A DNA stretch of 63,690 nt, the filler included. It is 6 parts of 6 records of this genome, joined end to end, with 100 filler letters (N's around TTAATTAATTAA, not from the genome) between each part and the next. Parts side by side here need not be neighbours in the genome. Positions count along the whole stretch, not along the records: positions 13,175 to 36,070 come from SRR31156797_6162; positions 36,171 to 43,448 come from SRR31156797_6181; 4 more parts are not named here. One strand, given 5' to 3'. Below are positions 30,067-39,534 of the stretch, one piece after another. Numbering within the stretch: the first letter of the stretch is position 1; each line of letters opens with the position of its first letter. Position numbers and translations under genes: made by a program. The notes under the pieces were generated by a model. That model was not told the DNA's origin. It saw only the letters and a list, made by a program, of their open reading frames with translations, and did not search any database.

Positions 30067-31448
30067 TGATCAGGTATCTTTTAGCTATAATTCTTTTGGC
30101 CTCATCCGCTTTCGCATCTGACCTTGATTCTGTGCTTGGCGGGTTTGATGATGCGCCAGCTGAAAAACCACTTGAGGATGTTCTAGGCGGATTTGATGAT
30201 GATACCTCAGTGGATACCGTTAAAACCGAAAAGACTGGCAATAGGAAGTATGCTATACACGGCTACAGTAAGATCGGCGCAACATACAACATAAACGATC
30301 ACTCTCCGCAATCAGACAGCGAAAACTGGCAGGGACTATCAAGGCTTAGAGGCGAGCTACAGCTTGAGCTGGATGTCTATCTGCCAAAAAAGTGGCGTGG
30401 GTTTATAAGCGGTAAAGGGACTCATGATCTTGCGTATAATCTCAACGGTCAGAACCGCTACACAGACGAAGTTTTAGACGAGTATGAATCGGAATTCGAT
30501 CTGAAAGATACATACATCATAGGGAGCCTCGCAGACTCTCTCGACATGAAATTCGGACGCCAGATAGTCCCATGGGGTAAATCTGACAATATCCGCATAA
30601 CAGACGTTCTCAACCCTATGGACATGCGTGAACCCGGGCTAACCGACATTGAAGATATGCGCCTCCCTGTCACAATGACAAAGCTCGACTACTACTTCGG
30701 CAAGTGGAACCTGAGCGCAATGGTGATACACGAAATCAGATTCAACAAAACTCCTGTCTACGGACATGATTTCTACCCATCAAACGGGAGACTCCCAGAT
30801 GAGGTCAAACCTGCCAGCACCATTGAAAACAGCGAATTCGCACTGGCTATGAACGGAACTTTCTCCGGCTGGGATATGTCACTTTACGCCGCTGACATTT
30901 ATGACGAGAACTACCACAAGGAAGTTAAAAGCAAGGCTGAGTTAATACATTCACGTGTAAAAATGATCGGAACTGCGCTAAACATAGCGAGAGGTGACTG
31001 GCTTATTAAATATGAACTCGCTCATTTCATGGGGATCGAACACTTCAACAGCAGTAATAAATTCAGCAGAAGTGATGAGCTTATCGGGTTTGAATATTCA
31101 GGATTCACTGATACAACAATCAGTGCTGAAGTTGCCAACAGACGCACACACGGGCATAAGGACTCACTAGAAAACGCACCGGATTTTATCAGAAAAGACG
31201 AGGTGCAATCAGCCTTACGCATAAACAGAAGCTTTATGCATGAAAAGCTCGACCTCACCCTTCTTGCGATGGTTTACGACTGGACCGGACAGGGGGGAGT
31301 GATGAAACGTTTTTCAGCAGAATATGAACTGAGCGAAGCGCTCTCACTCTCTGGCGGAGTTGTAGTGTATAAATCCGGTGGAGATAAATTTTACAAAAAT
31401 GTTGGCAGCAACGACAGACTCTTCACCGAAGTGAAATACAGCTTCTAG
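30066..31448 (+). CDS. outer-membrane beta-barrel protein (DUF1302-like)
   Basis: Signal peptide, FGRQIVPWGKSD, DVLNPMD, terminal VKYSF. Confidence 0.78.
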   Translation: MIRYLLAIILLASSAFASDLDSVLGGFDDAPAEKPLEDVLGGFDDDTSVDTVKTEKTGNRKYAIHGYSKIGATYNINDHSPQSDSENWQGLSRLRGELQLELDVYLPKKWRGFISGKGTHDLAYNLNGQNRYTDEVLDEYESEFDLKDTYIIGSLADSLDMKFGRQIVPWGKSDNIRITDVLNPMDMREPGLTDIEDMRLPVTMTKLDYYFGKWNLSAMVIHEIRFNKTPVYGHDFYPSNGRLPDEVKPASTIENSEFALAMNGTFSGWDMSLYAADIYDENYHKEVKSKAELIHSRVKMIGTALNIARGDWLIKYELAHFMGIEHFNSSNKFSRSDELIGFEYSGFTDTTISAEVANRRTHGHKDSLENAPDFIRKDEVQSALRINRSFMHEKLDLTLLAMVYDWTGQGGVMKRFSAEYELSEALSLSGGVVVYKSGGDKFYKNVGSNDRLFTEVKYSF

Positions 31449-31867
31449 CGCTTCCGGTAAGGCTCAAAAGGGATACCGTTTTTACTCGCTTTCCTTATGC
31501 CGCCTTTGAGGTTTATAACCTTTTTATAGCCGACCTCACGGAGAAACTTAGCCACTGCGGTTGTTCTGTTTCCAGACCTGCATATAATTGCGAAATTCTC
31601 TGACGGTTCTATTATCTTGCTAAGGCTTCTGATAAATTTCTTCGCATCATAACCGCCCCTCTCATCGAAGAAGGTTATAGGGTGTGAGCCTTTCACTATG
31701 CCTGTCTGCTTCCACTCCGGCTTGGTTCTGATGTCTATAATCTTTATGCCGGATTTATATAATGCCATCGATAGCGGCTGATGCCCATTCACCCCTTGCT
31801 GCATATAAGCAAATGATGACGATGCTACTAGCATAACCGCTATAGCTGATAATAATAACTTTCTCAT
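31445..31867 (-). CDS. secreted rhodanese-like protein
   Basis: IDIRT..EW..TG, ICRSGNRT active-site loop. Confidence 0.85.
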   Translation of the reverse strand: MRKLLLSAIAVMLVASSSFAYMQQGVNGHQPLSMALYKSGIKIIDIRTKPEWKQTGIVKGSHPITFFDERGGYDAKKFIRSLSKIIEPSENFAIICRSGNRTTAVAKFLREVGYKKVINLKGGIRKASKNGIPFEPYRKR

Positions 31868-31953
31868 GTTTACTCCAAATCTAATTCATACTTTTTCAGT
31901 CTTAATAATGTAGCACCGATGAATTAATCATGCAATAATTTTCTATTATGAGC

Positions 31954-33252
31954 TTAACGCCTCAAAATAAGGAATCCAAGGGTTCCGGCTATGAGGGAGG
32001 CTGTCAGAATCGCAACCTTAGCTGTATCTATAAACTCACTGCTGAAAGCCATTCCGGCTATGAATATTGACATTGTAAGCCCTATTCCTGAAAGAACAGA
32101 TGCACCAAAGACGTGCGCCTTACTTATCTCCTCAGGGAGAGAAATCAATTTCACTTTTACAGCTAAAAGAACCGAGCCCATTATTCCCAGAGGTTTACCA
32201 ACGACCAGCCCCAATATTATACCTAAGCTGACCGGGCTTAGTATACTGTCGAAAGCGGATGCGTTCAGCGTCACACCTGTATTTGCAAAAGCGAAAACCG
32301 GCATGATCAGAAAAGCTGATACCCCGTGAAGGTTATACTCAAGCCTGCTCATAGGGTTATATGTTGAAAGAGATGCATGGATTATTTTGTTCAGCGTATG
32401 TTTCTGACACTTAGTAGGAATCTCACTATCAGGATTATCAACACAGCTATTAAGCTCACTATGGAATATCCCGAGCGATCTTTTGTAAGTCATAAGAGGT
32501 ATTTTCGGCTGGCTAGGTATAAACAGCGCAAGTAGAACTCCCGCTATGGTTGCGTGTACACCGGACTTCAAAAAGAAGTACCAGAGGAAAACTCCGGCAA
32601 TTATATATAAAAGTATAGACCTAACCTTAAATATGTTCATAACCGCAAGCAGGGCTATCACAACACCAGCATATGTAAGATAGGAGATCACTATCGATTC
32701 TGTGTAGAATATAGCTATCACAAGCACAGCGATCATGTCGTCTACCACCGCAAGAGAGGTTATGAATATCTTAAGCTGTATCGGTACACGGCTGCCCAAA
32801 AGAGCCATCACTCCTATCGCAAATGCGATGTCTGTAGCCATAGGAACGCCCCAGCCTGAGAGATCGCCGCCTTTCACATTAGCCGCAACATATATCAGCG
32901 CAGGGATAACAGCTCCGCCTAGTGCCGCAACAATAGGCAACAGAGCCTTTTTAAATGATGACAGCTCACCTATGATTATCTCACGCTTAATCTCCAGCCC
33001 GATAACAAGGAAGAAGATAGCCATAAGACCGTCATTAATCCAGTAGATAACCGGCTTGATAAGTGAAAAATCACCCGCTGTAAAACCGAAATCGGTCTTC
33101 CATAAACCGTGATACCACTCAGAGTATGTTGAGTTTGCCACTGTCATAGCGAGCACCATAGCCGCAAGCATTATGATACTACTTGATGACTGCTGTCTTA
33201 AAAACTGATTAAAAGGGTCGATGGTAAAGGACTTTACCTTATTAAGGGTCAT
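31954..33252 (-). CDS. nhaA: Na+/H+ antiporter NhaA
   Basis: WINDGLMAIFF, GLEIKRE, ATDIAFA, LAVVDD, SGVHAT, GKPLG. Confidence 0.96.
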   Translation of the reverse strand: MTLNKVKSFTIDPFNQFLRQQSSSSIIMLAAMVLAMTVANSTYSEWYHGLWKTDFGFTAGDFSLIKPVIYWINDGLMAIFFLVIGLEIKREIIIGELSSFKKALLPIVAALGGAVIPALIYVAANVKGGDLSGWGVPMATDIAFAIGVMALLGSRVPIQLKIFITSLAVVDDMIAVLVIAIFYTESIVISYLTYAGVVIALLAVMNIFKVRSILLYIIAGVFLWYFFLKSGVHATIAGVLLALFIPSQPKIPLMTYKRSLGIFHSELNSCVDNPDSEIPTKCQKHTLNKIIHASLSTYNPMSRLEYNLHGVSAFLIMPVFAFANTGVTLNASAFDSILSPVSLGIILGLVVGKPLGIMGSVLLAVKVKLISLPEEISKAHVFGASVLSGIGLTMSIFIAGMAFSSEFIDTAKVAILTASLIAGTLGFLILRR

Positions 33253-33398
33253 GTCTGCTCCTTATAGCTAGGGACAACTACAGGCTTAGCGGACATAGAG
33301 CCGAAATCATGCGACGGCTTAATGTTGAGGGATCTCTGCTTGTCAGAGTGTTTCCTTTTTGTGATGCGATAGATCAAAGTCAGAATCATGTTGAGCAT
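33249..33398 (-). CDS. 49-aa leader ORF between the riboswitch and nhaA
   Basis: GGAGGT RBS, ATG at 33398, stop overlaps the nhaA start (ATGA). Confidence 0.55.
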   Translation of the reverse strand: MLNMILTLIYRITKRKHSDKQRSLNIKPSHDFGSMSAKPVVVPSYKEQT

Positions 33399-33426
33399 TA
33401 TTACCTCCGTATATTTACTGCGGGTA

Positions 33427-33470
33427 ATAAAAAAACCCTTACCCACAGCGATAATGCCAGGATAAAGGTC
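33427..33470 (-). terminator. riboswitch expression-platform terminator
   Basis: ACCTTTATCC...GGGTAAGGGT plus T run; its 5' arm overlaps the 3' strand of aptamer P1. Confidence 0.75.
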
Positions 33471-33565
33471 TTGCATGAGTCGTATTAACGAAGCTCTGTT
33501 CCCGGGTGCTGAAAACACCGTAATGACGAAAACAGACCGCTGTGTGCGGTAGCTACTCCCCTTTA
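33463..33565 (-). ncRNA. yybP-ykoY (Mn2+) riboswitch aptamer
   Basis: AAAGGGGAGTAGC ... CGTCATTACG ... GCAAGACCTTT conserved segments with P1 TAAAGG/CCTTTA. Confidence 0.88.
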
Positions 33566-33647
33566 ACTTTATAAAATAATATTATATTTTGAGACTTTGT
33601 CAATAATTATCGAAAAAAAAAGCCGGCTTTTACACCGGCTCAGTTTA

Positions 33648-34667
33648 TTATTTAGCAGCCTTTCTGGCCTCTTCGAGCCATCCGTTCCACTTATCCTGAT
33701 TAGCTTTGATCCACTCGTCAACGTGACGCTTGATATCTTTTTTACTCTTTTCACCTTCGTTCATCTTAGTGTTCTGCTCACTGATATCTTTCAGTGAAAG
33801 TGTGAATACTTCGAGGAACTTTTTAGCAGCAGGGTTTTCTGCGAGGAATTTTTTGTTAGCAACCGCTCTGATGTCACTTACAACAAAACCGAGTTTAACA
33901 GGGTCAGTTACAGTACCAACAGCACCGGATACAGACATGAACTTCTCTTTACCTTTCTGGCCTTCGTGCGGCTTGATCTCAGGAACATTAATCCAGAGTA
34001 CGTCAGCGCCAGGGAGGAGCTTAAATACTGTCCAGTTTGGTGTCCATGTGTAGAAAAGTACAGGCTTGTCGTTTTTGTGCTTAGCGATAGCGCCAGCCAT
34101 ACTTGCGGAGTAGCTCGCTTTAATGAGGTTTATGTCATTCTTAAGACCGTAGATATCCATATGGATTCCGATAGTCTTCTCGCATCCCCATCCAGGAGGG
34201 CATGCAACGAGGTCAGCTTTTCCGTCGCCGTTTGTATCGAAAGCTTTTTTAACTTCAGGTCTTTTGAAGTCAGCGAGTGATTTGATGTTGTATTTTTCAA
34301 CATACTTCTTAGACGCAAGATAGCCCTGCATTCCACCAGCCTTAACAACATAACCGACTATCTCAGCTTTATCGTGAAAGTTTTTAGGCATCTGAGCGTT
34401 GTGGATAGGGAACCATCCGTTTACCCAGTAGTCGATATCGCCAAGTGTTACAGACTTATAAAATATAGGGTTAGCGAGGTCTTTTGGAGCCTTCACTTTA
34501 TATCCAAGTTCTGTGAAAGCCTTTGCTACAAGTGCTTCCTGAAAGAAACCTGTTGTCCATGTTGCTCTTGCAGGTGTAAGTTTTTTACCCTTGCCCGGCA
34601 TCTTGTTGTAGGCTACTGCTGAGCTGGCAAGGCATACAACTAAAATTGTAATAAGTAATCTTTTCAT
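33648..34667 (-). CDS. proX: glycine betaine/proline ABC substrate-binding protein
   Basis: FDTNGDGKADLVACPPGWGC, YTWTPNW. Confidence 0.9.
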   Translation of the reverse strand: MKRLLITILVVCLASSAVAYNKMPGKGKKLTPARATWTTGFFQEALVAKAFTELGYKVKAPKDLANPIFYKSVTLGDIDYWVNGWFPIHNAQMPKNFHDKAEIVGYVVKAGGMQGYLASKKYVEKYNIKSLADFKRPEVKKAFDTNGDGKADLVACPPGWGCEKTIGIHMDIYGLKNDINLIKASYSASMAGAIAKHKNDKPVLFYTWTPNWTVFKLLPGADVLWINVPEIKPHEGQKGKEKFMSVSGAVGTVTDPVKLGFVVSDIRAVANKKFLAENPAAKKFLEVFTLSLKDISEQNTKMNEGEKSKKDIKRHVDEWIKANQDKWNGWLEEARKAAK

Positions 34668-34682
34668 TTATAACTCCTTTCG

Positions 34683-35537
34683 TTATTTCTTTCTTTTACG
34701 TTCTTTTGAAAGTCCCTGAGTGATCCTGTCAAGCACCATAGCCATAAGCACAATAGCCAGACCACCGATGGTCGCAAGACCTATATCAAGTGTGTTAAGC
34801 CCTTGGAAAACCGGACTTCCGAGACCACCGGCTCCGATGAGAGCGGCGATAACAACCATAGAGAGGGACATCATAATTGTCTGATTTAAGCCCGCCATGA
34901 TTGAAGGCATAGCAAGCGGGATCTGTACTTTGAAAAGCGTTTGTCTTGGTGTCGCACCAAAAGCCTGCGCCGCTTCGATAAGCTCAGGATGCACCTGCTG
35001 AATACCGAGGCTTGTGAGCCTGATGATTGGCGGCATAGCGAAAACGATAGTTGCAAGGACACCAGACACTGTACCGATGCTGAAAAGCATAACCACAGGA
35101 ACAAGATAAACAAATGCAGGCGTTGTCTGCATAGCATCCAGAAATGGACGCAAGATCATCTCTGCCCTCTTACTCCGACCGGACATAATGCCAAGCGGAA
35201 CCCCTACAATGGCGCAAAAGATAACAGAGCTGACCACCATCGCAAGTGTGATCATCGCATCTTCCCAAAGAGCGAGAGCGCCGATCAGAAAAAGTGTCGC
35301 CACAGTGAAAATTGTTACCCTTTTACCCGCCAGCCTAAATGCGAAAAAAGCAAAAAAGGCTATTATGATAAGCGGATGCAAAGATGTAAAAAGAGTCTCA
35401 AAACCCTCAAGTGTCTTCTCTACAGGGAACTTTATTATCTGAAAAAACTCACGATAGTTCTCTACAAGGAAATCTACCGCCGACTGAACCCACTCATCCA
35501 TAGGTATTAATCTATCTTCGAAATCGAAAAAGCCCAT
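34683..35537 (-). CDS. proW: glycine betaine/proline ABC permease
   Basis: LDAMQTTPAFVYLVP, EAAQAFG, MAGLNQTIM. Confidence 0.93.
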   Translation of the reverse strand: MGFFDFEDRLIPMDEWVQSAVDFLVENYREFFQIIKFPVEKTLEGFETLFTSLHPLIIIAFFAFFAFRLAGKRVTIFTVATLFLIGALALWEDAMITLAMVVSSVIFCAIVGVPLGIMSGRSKRAEMILRPFLDAMQTTPAFVYLVPVVMLFSIGTVSGVLATIVFAMPPIIRLTSLGIQQVHPELIEAAQAFGATPRQTLFKVQIPLAMPSIMAGLNQTIMMSLSMVVIAALIGAGGLGSPVFQGLNTLDIGLATIGGLAIVLMAMVLDRITQGLSKERKRKK

Positions 35538-36070
35538 TATTTCACCTCCCCATTAGTCATCTCTTCAGTTTTATGAAGAGTCCTGAGGAAGATGTTTTTT
35601 GAAATCACACCGATATATTTATTATTCTCATCCACAACAGGAACCGGATAAGGTTTTGATGAAACCTCCGGCAGAATATCCTGCATAGAATCAGTCGATT
35701 TAACTGACTTGACTTCATCAAGCATAGCGAGTGAAATATCTTTTGTATCAAGCTTTTCGTCGTTTATAACATGTTGAAGTGTCTCAACACTTACAATGCC
35801 GACAAATTCCTTCTTCTTATCCATTACATAGCCGAAATCTCTGTCATGGTTACGAAGTCTCTGAAGTGCTGTCGCAGGACCATCACCAGGATGTCTGATA
35901 ACCTGAACCTGAGTATTTCTGGCGATATCACCAGCAGTGATAATATTTGTAGGATCTACGCCTCTGAAAAATGCACGGACGTAATCATCTGCAGGGTTTT
36001 GAAGAATCTCTTCCGGTGAGCCCACCTGAACAACTCTTCCCCCTTCCATGATGGCGATACGGTCGCCAAT
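35537..36070 (-). CDS. proV: glycine betaine/proline ABC ATPase, C-terminal part (5' end cut by contig edge)
   Basis: IGDRIAIMEGGRVVQVGSPEEILQNPADDYV then CBS domains. Confidence 0.88.
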   Translation of the reverse strand: MGDRIAIMEGGRVVQVGSPEEILQNPADDYVRAFFRGVDPTNIITAGDIARNTQVQVIRHPGDGPATALQRLRNHDRDFGYVMDKKKEFVGIVSVETLQHVINDEKLDTKDISLAMLDEVKSVKSTDSMQDILPEVSSKPYPVPVVDENNKYIGVISKNIFLRTLHKTEEMTNGEVK

Positions 36071-36170
36071 NNNNNNNNNNNNNNNNNNNNNNNNNNNNNN
36101 NNNNNNNNNNNNNNTTAATTAATTAANNNNNNNNNNNNNNNNNNNNNNNNNNNNNNNNNNNNNNNNNNNN
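36071..36170. other. artificial contig spacer
   Basis: N44-TTAATTAATTAA-N44. Confidence 0.99.
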
Positions 36171-36171
36171 T

Positions 36172-36270
36172 CATACACTCAAAAGCGAATGTATTCGACC
36201 AGGTGTTCTTTTGTCCTTGGAAGATGATGCTCGTACTGTTGTTGATCAATATATCAAACTGGGCGTATGA
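36172..36270 (+). pseudogene. degenerate IS3-type transposase C-terminal fragment
   Basis: HTLKSECIRPGVLLSLEDDARTVVDQY resembles the TLK.E.I....SLE.AR region after the catalytic Glu; stops early; sits at a contig edge. Confidence 0.45.
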
Positions 36271-36482
36271 GTTCAAGGCGACCCCCAATTCAGATTTTCA
36301 TAACTCAGCCGCATGACATCTGAGATCATGCGGTTTAAGTTCTATATCAATAAGTTTTCCTGCTTTCTTGTCCATTGACTAAGTAGGTAGGTGCGATATA
36401 GGAAAATCTAAGTTAACATTTTCTCTGGCAAAAGTGACCACTGACAATTATCAAAACAAATCTGAACTAGAACAAATAATCA

Positions 36483-37691
36483 CTATGCAAACTGTTCATC
36501 AAGCCAGTCATAAATCACGCAGTTTGAGAAACTCAGATTACCAAGCTGGCAATGGGTATCAGCACCCTCTTGTTGGGTGAAAACATATTCTTTTGCACCT
36601 TTGACCGCATCACAAAAAAACCTATGCTGCCTGAGAGGTTCCTCCCCTTCACCCTCTCCTGTTAACGCAAGGCACGGGACATCCAGCTTTTCCAGTGTAG
36701 TCTCTACACTAAATGATTCCAAATATTGGTAGGTTGCAATAAAAGATCTATTCCCGAAGCGCTGTAGCATTGATGTAAGAGATTCTTTTTGGCTAGGAGC
36801 TAGTTCTTCATCACTTATAAAGGGAATATCTTCTACGCCGAAATCTTCATCTTCAGGAAGCTTTAATGGGTCAAAGCCTATAAATCCTACCATATAATCA
36901 TGCAGACTGATTATGGGAGAGTTGACAATGAGTGCCCGAATTCGTTGCTCGAAGCATGCTGCTCGGGTGGCAAAATATCCCCCAAAACTGATCCCATAGA
37001 GAGCCAGACGGGTCTCATCAATTAGTGGGTTTGGGAAAAGGGAGTCTAGCAACACTTTAACAGGATTTTCATAGTCTGGCTCAAAATGGGTCTTATTAAA
37101 ACGCATACTATCCATTTGACCTGGGCCTGCATAAAGAATGACATTATAGCCTCTTTGCAGCGCAGCCAGTCCGGACTGAATATACGACTCCTCTAGTGTT
37201 CCATCAAAGCCGCTTACAATGATTATGGTTTTTCGTTTCTGTGTATCAATGCTTAAAAGGTTATAGGGTAGTCGTAGGTCATTGTATTCCACAAACCCTG
37301 CTTCACAATTATATTCAGAGAGCTTGATGCCAGCCAAAAAGGTTTCTCTTGAGCGCAGGCCGTACTTTTTATGATTGGGGTCGTTGATGTTTGTATAATA
37401 CTCTGCAGCTCTATAATTGTTGGAAGCTTTAAGGTACTGCTCATAAGCGCTCCGTCGGTACCCTTTGCTCTCTCTATTCTTTGCATCAGATTCAAGGCTG
37501 GACGCACACTGACTAAAAACTCTAACCCAGTCTTTAGGCGCTTCCTCTTGCATCGATGCAACACAACTAAGAGTTTCGCCCACCGAAGCACCTCCATATG
37601 CAGCAGATCCCAACTGTCGGAGCAACTGAAAATCCATTTCCGTATCGTCAAATCCTCGAACTCTAGTATTGCTGCGTTTGGTTTCAGACAT
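36483..37691 (-). CDS. alpha/beta hydrolase (FrsA/dihydropseudooxynicotine hydrolase-like)
   Basis: SGFDGTLEE, GPGQ, GISFGG nucleophile, GADTHCQ. Confidence 0.85.
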   Translation of the reverse strand: MSETKRSNTRVRGFDDTEMDFQLLRQLGSAAYGGASVGETLSCVASMQEEAPKDWVRVFSQCASSLESDAKNRESKGYRRSAYEQYLKASNNYRAAEYYTNINDPNHKKYGLRSRETFLAGIKLSEYNCEAGFVEYNDLRLPYNLLSIDTQKRKTIIIVSGFDGTLEESYIQSGLAALQRGYNVILYAGPGQMDSMRFNKTHFEPDYENPVKVLLDSLFPNPLIDETRLALYGISFGGYFATRAACFEQRIRALIVNSPIISLHDYMVGFIGFDPLKLPEDEDFGVEDIPFISDEELAPSQKESLTSMLQRFGNRSFIATYQYLESFSVETTLEKLDVPCLALTGEGEGEEPLRQHRFFCDAVKGAKEYVFTQQEGADTHCQLGNLSFSNCVIYDWLDEQFA

Positions 37692-38350
37692 ATTACTCTC
37701 CTGTGTTGAGATAGACCACTCTAGACTAACAAGCCTCTTAGCCTATTGCACCATACAAACTAGCAGTTTTTCCTGTTTCCATTCAGATTAGAAACAGGTA
37801 GTACCTTAACCCCAATCCAATTTTCCCTTTATGGAATTGCCAAGGAATATCTCTCAACATTACATTGTTGCGACAAACCTGATGCCTGATTAATCCAATC
37901 CAGCTCACCAACCTTCAGTGCCCCAAAACGATCACTTTTCTCAAGCAACTTCAGTCCCTGAAAATTAACGTACAAGAAACAGTAATTGGCGCGTTGGTTC
38001 CTGGTTGAAATGCACCACCAGAATTGCTCTAAATGCACCACTTATTTGCTGGTTCCCTTTGGTAAACCAAAACCGTTAGCTTTAATTTAAACGTAATTTT
38101 AGTTGGTTGTCCGTGTGCCGGGGGTGCTGGCTCAAAATATGCATTCATGTCGGCAGGTTGCCATTTGATTACGTAAATCATAAAGTTACCATTTTCAATG
38201 GTACAGAAGAAAACTCCATGATTTAGACAATGGCATGAGCAAATCTTAACATGAATAGTGGTGACAGCTAGAAAGGAGTGACCTGTGTGTTGAAGATCAG
38301 TTATGAATTCAGCAAATTAACAAAGTCACCTACTCGTCAGGAGGAAAACC

Positions 38351-38707
38351 ATGAGCATCACGTTGGAAATTGATTATGGCATGGGGGCACGGAAATCATT
38401 CACTATTAACGCTCTGCCCGATGAACCCATTGGAGATGTCTTTAGTCTTTGGGACCTTCTTGCTATCGTGCGTGACATTAAGCCCGGACTCGAATACGAG
38501 TTTGACAGTGGAACGACCGCAACTGATCGCGGTGGACTCGAGTTTCCCGGAAAGATAGTGAGCGTTGATGGAGTGGTCGGTGAATGGGTTGTTCTTGTAG
38601 CAGGAGCTGAACTAACCAATTTGCGGAGAGCTCAACTCCGAATGGCGAACGGTCGAGAAGTCCCACAGATAAATGAAGGTGATAGTGTCGTTTTGAAACG
38701 TCAATAG
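38351..38707 (+). CDS. hypothetical protein, possible DUF4430-like beta-grasp domain
   Basis: AGGAGG RBS; LEIDYG start, IVSVDG..W.V.V.G, GDSVVL end. Confidence 0.55.
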   Translation: MSITLEIDYGMGARKSFTINALPDEPIGDVFSLWDLLAIVRDIKPGLEYEFDSGTTATDRGGLEFPGKIVSVDGVVGEWVVLVAGAELTNLRRAQLRMANGREVPQINEGDSVVLKRQ

Positions 38708-38741
38708 GCTCGCTTACCACACTTGAGATTTAACGACTGGC

Positions 38742-38832
38742 AGATAACCATCGTATGTACCGAAGCCGCCGATCGGGTCGGTTTTGAATGGAGAGTCACT
38801 TGCCGGCGGTCCTGTGTTACGTGGCGTTAGCA
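38742..38832 (+). mobile_element. degenerate integron attC site
   Basis: AGATAAC ... GCCGCCG/CGGCGGT inner inverted repeat ... GTTAGCA, lying between two co-oriented ORFs. Confidence 0.6.
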
Positions 38833-38858
38833 AAACAAGAGAGTGTGACACATTCAAT

Positions 38859-39368
38859 ATGTATCAATTAAGATATTGGAAAGAGCTATATCAATTAAAG
38901 GTTCATCTAAATTAGTTAGAACTGTACCTCCAAAAATCTAAGGTAAACGATCGGTCAATAAGCATTTTTCTTGCTATCACCTCCAGTGGAAGTATTGCCG
39001 GTTGGGCTATCTGGCAACAAGCAGCAGGGATATGGGTAATAATAAATGCTGCATCCCAGGTTGTCGGGGCAATGAAGAATTTCCTGCCATACAAAACAAG
39101 GATGAAAAGTCATTCTGGTTTAGCCCAAGAATTTGAAGAGATCATATTGTTTGCTGAGAAAAATTGGTTTGATGTCTCTGAAGGGAAGCTAACAGAGAGG
39201 GAAATTCACAATTTACAGTTTGAGATAAGAACAAGAAAAAAATAGGCGCTGAAAAAATATCTTGGGAATAGCGTATTACCCGGCAAACGAAAACTGCTAC
39301 AGAAAGCTCAGCATTCAGCCGACTTATACTTTAACAATTTTTATCCAGTGGAACAGGCAAATGAGTGA
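38859..39368 (+). pseudogene. SLATT-like two-TM protein gene with two in-frame TAG codons
   Basis: 169 codons, MYQLRYW..IFLAITSSGSIAGWAIW..AASQVV..FLPY; TAG at 38913 and 39243; no frameshift. Confidence 0.65.
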
Positions 39369-39534
39369 CACAAACAATGCCAACAATAACCAAGATGTTT
39401 TAATTGAAGATAAAGGCCTGCCGCCGATAGAAAAAAGCTTCCCTATGCCCCCGGTAAAACAACCGCCAGAAGAAAAGTCAGAGACCGAGAGTAATCAACA
39501 ACAACTAGATGATAACGAACTAAATGGTAGCTAG
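39361..39534 (+). CDS. 57-aa Pro/acid-rich small protein
   Basis: MSDTNN..KSFPMPPVKQPPEEK; start overlaps the end of the SLATT-like gene. Confidence 0.45.
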   Translation: MSDTNNANNNQDVLIEDKGLPPIEKSFPMPPVKQPPEEKSETESNQQQLDDNELNGS

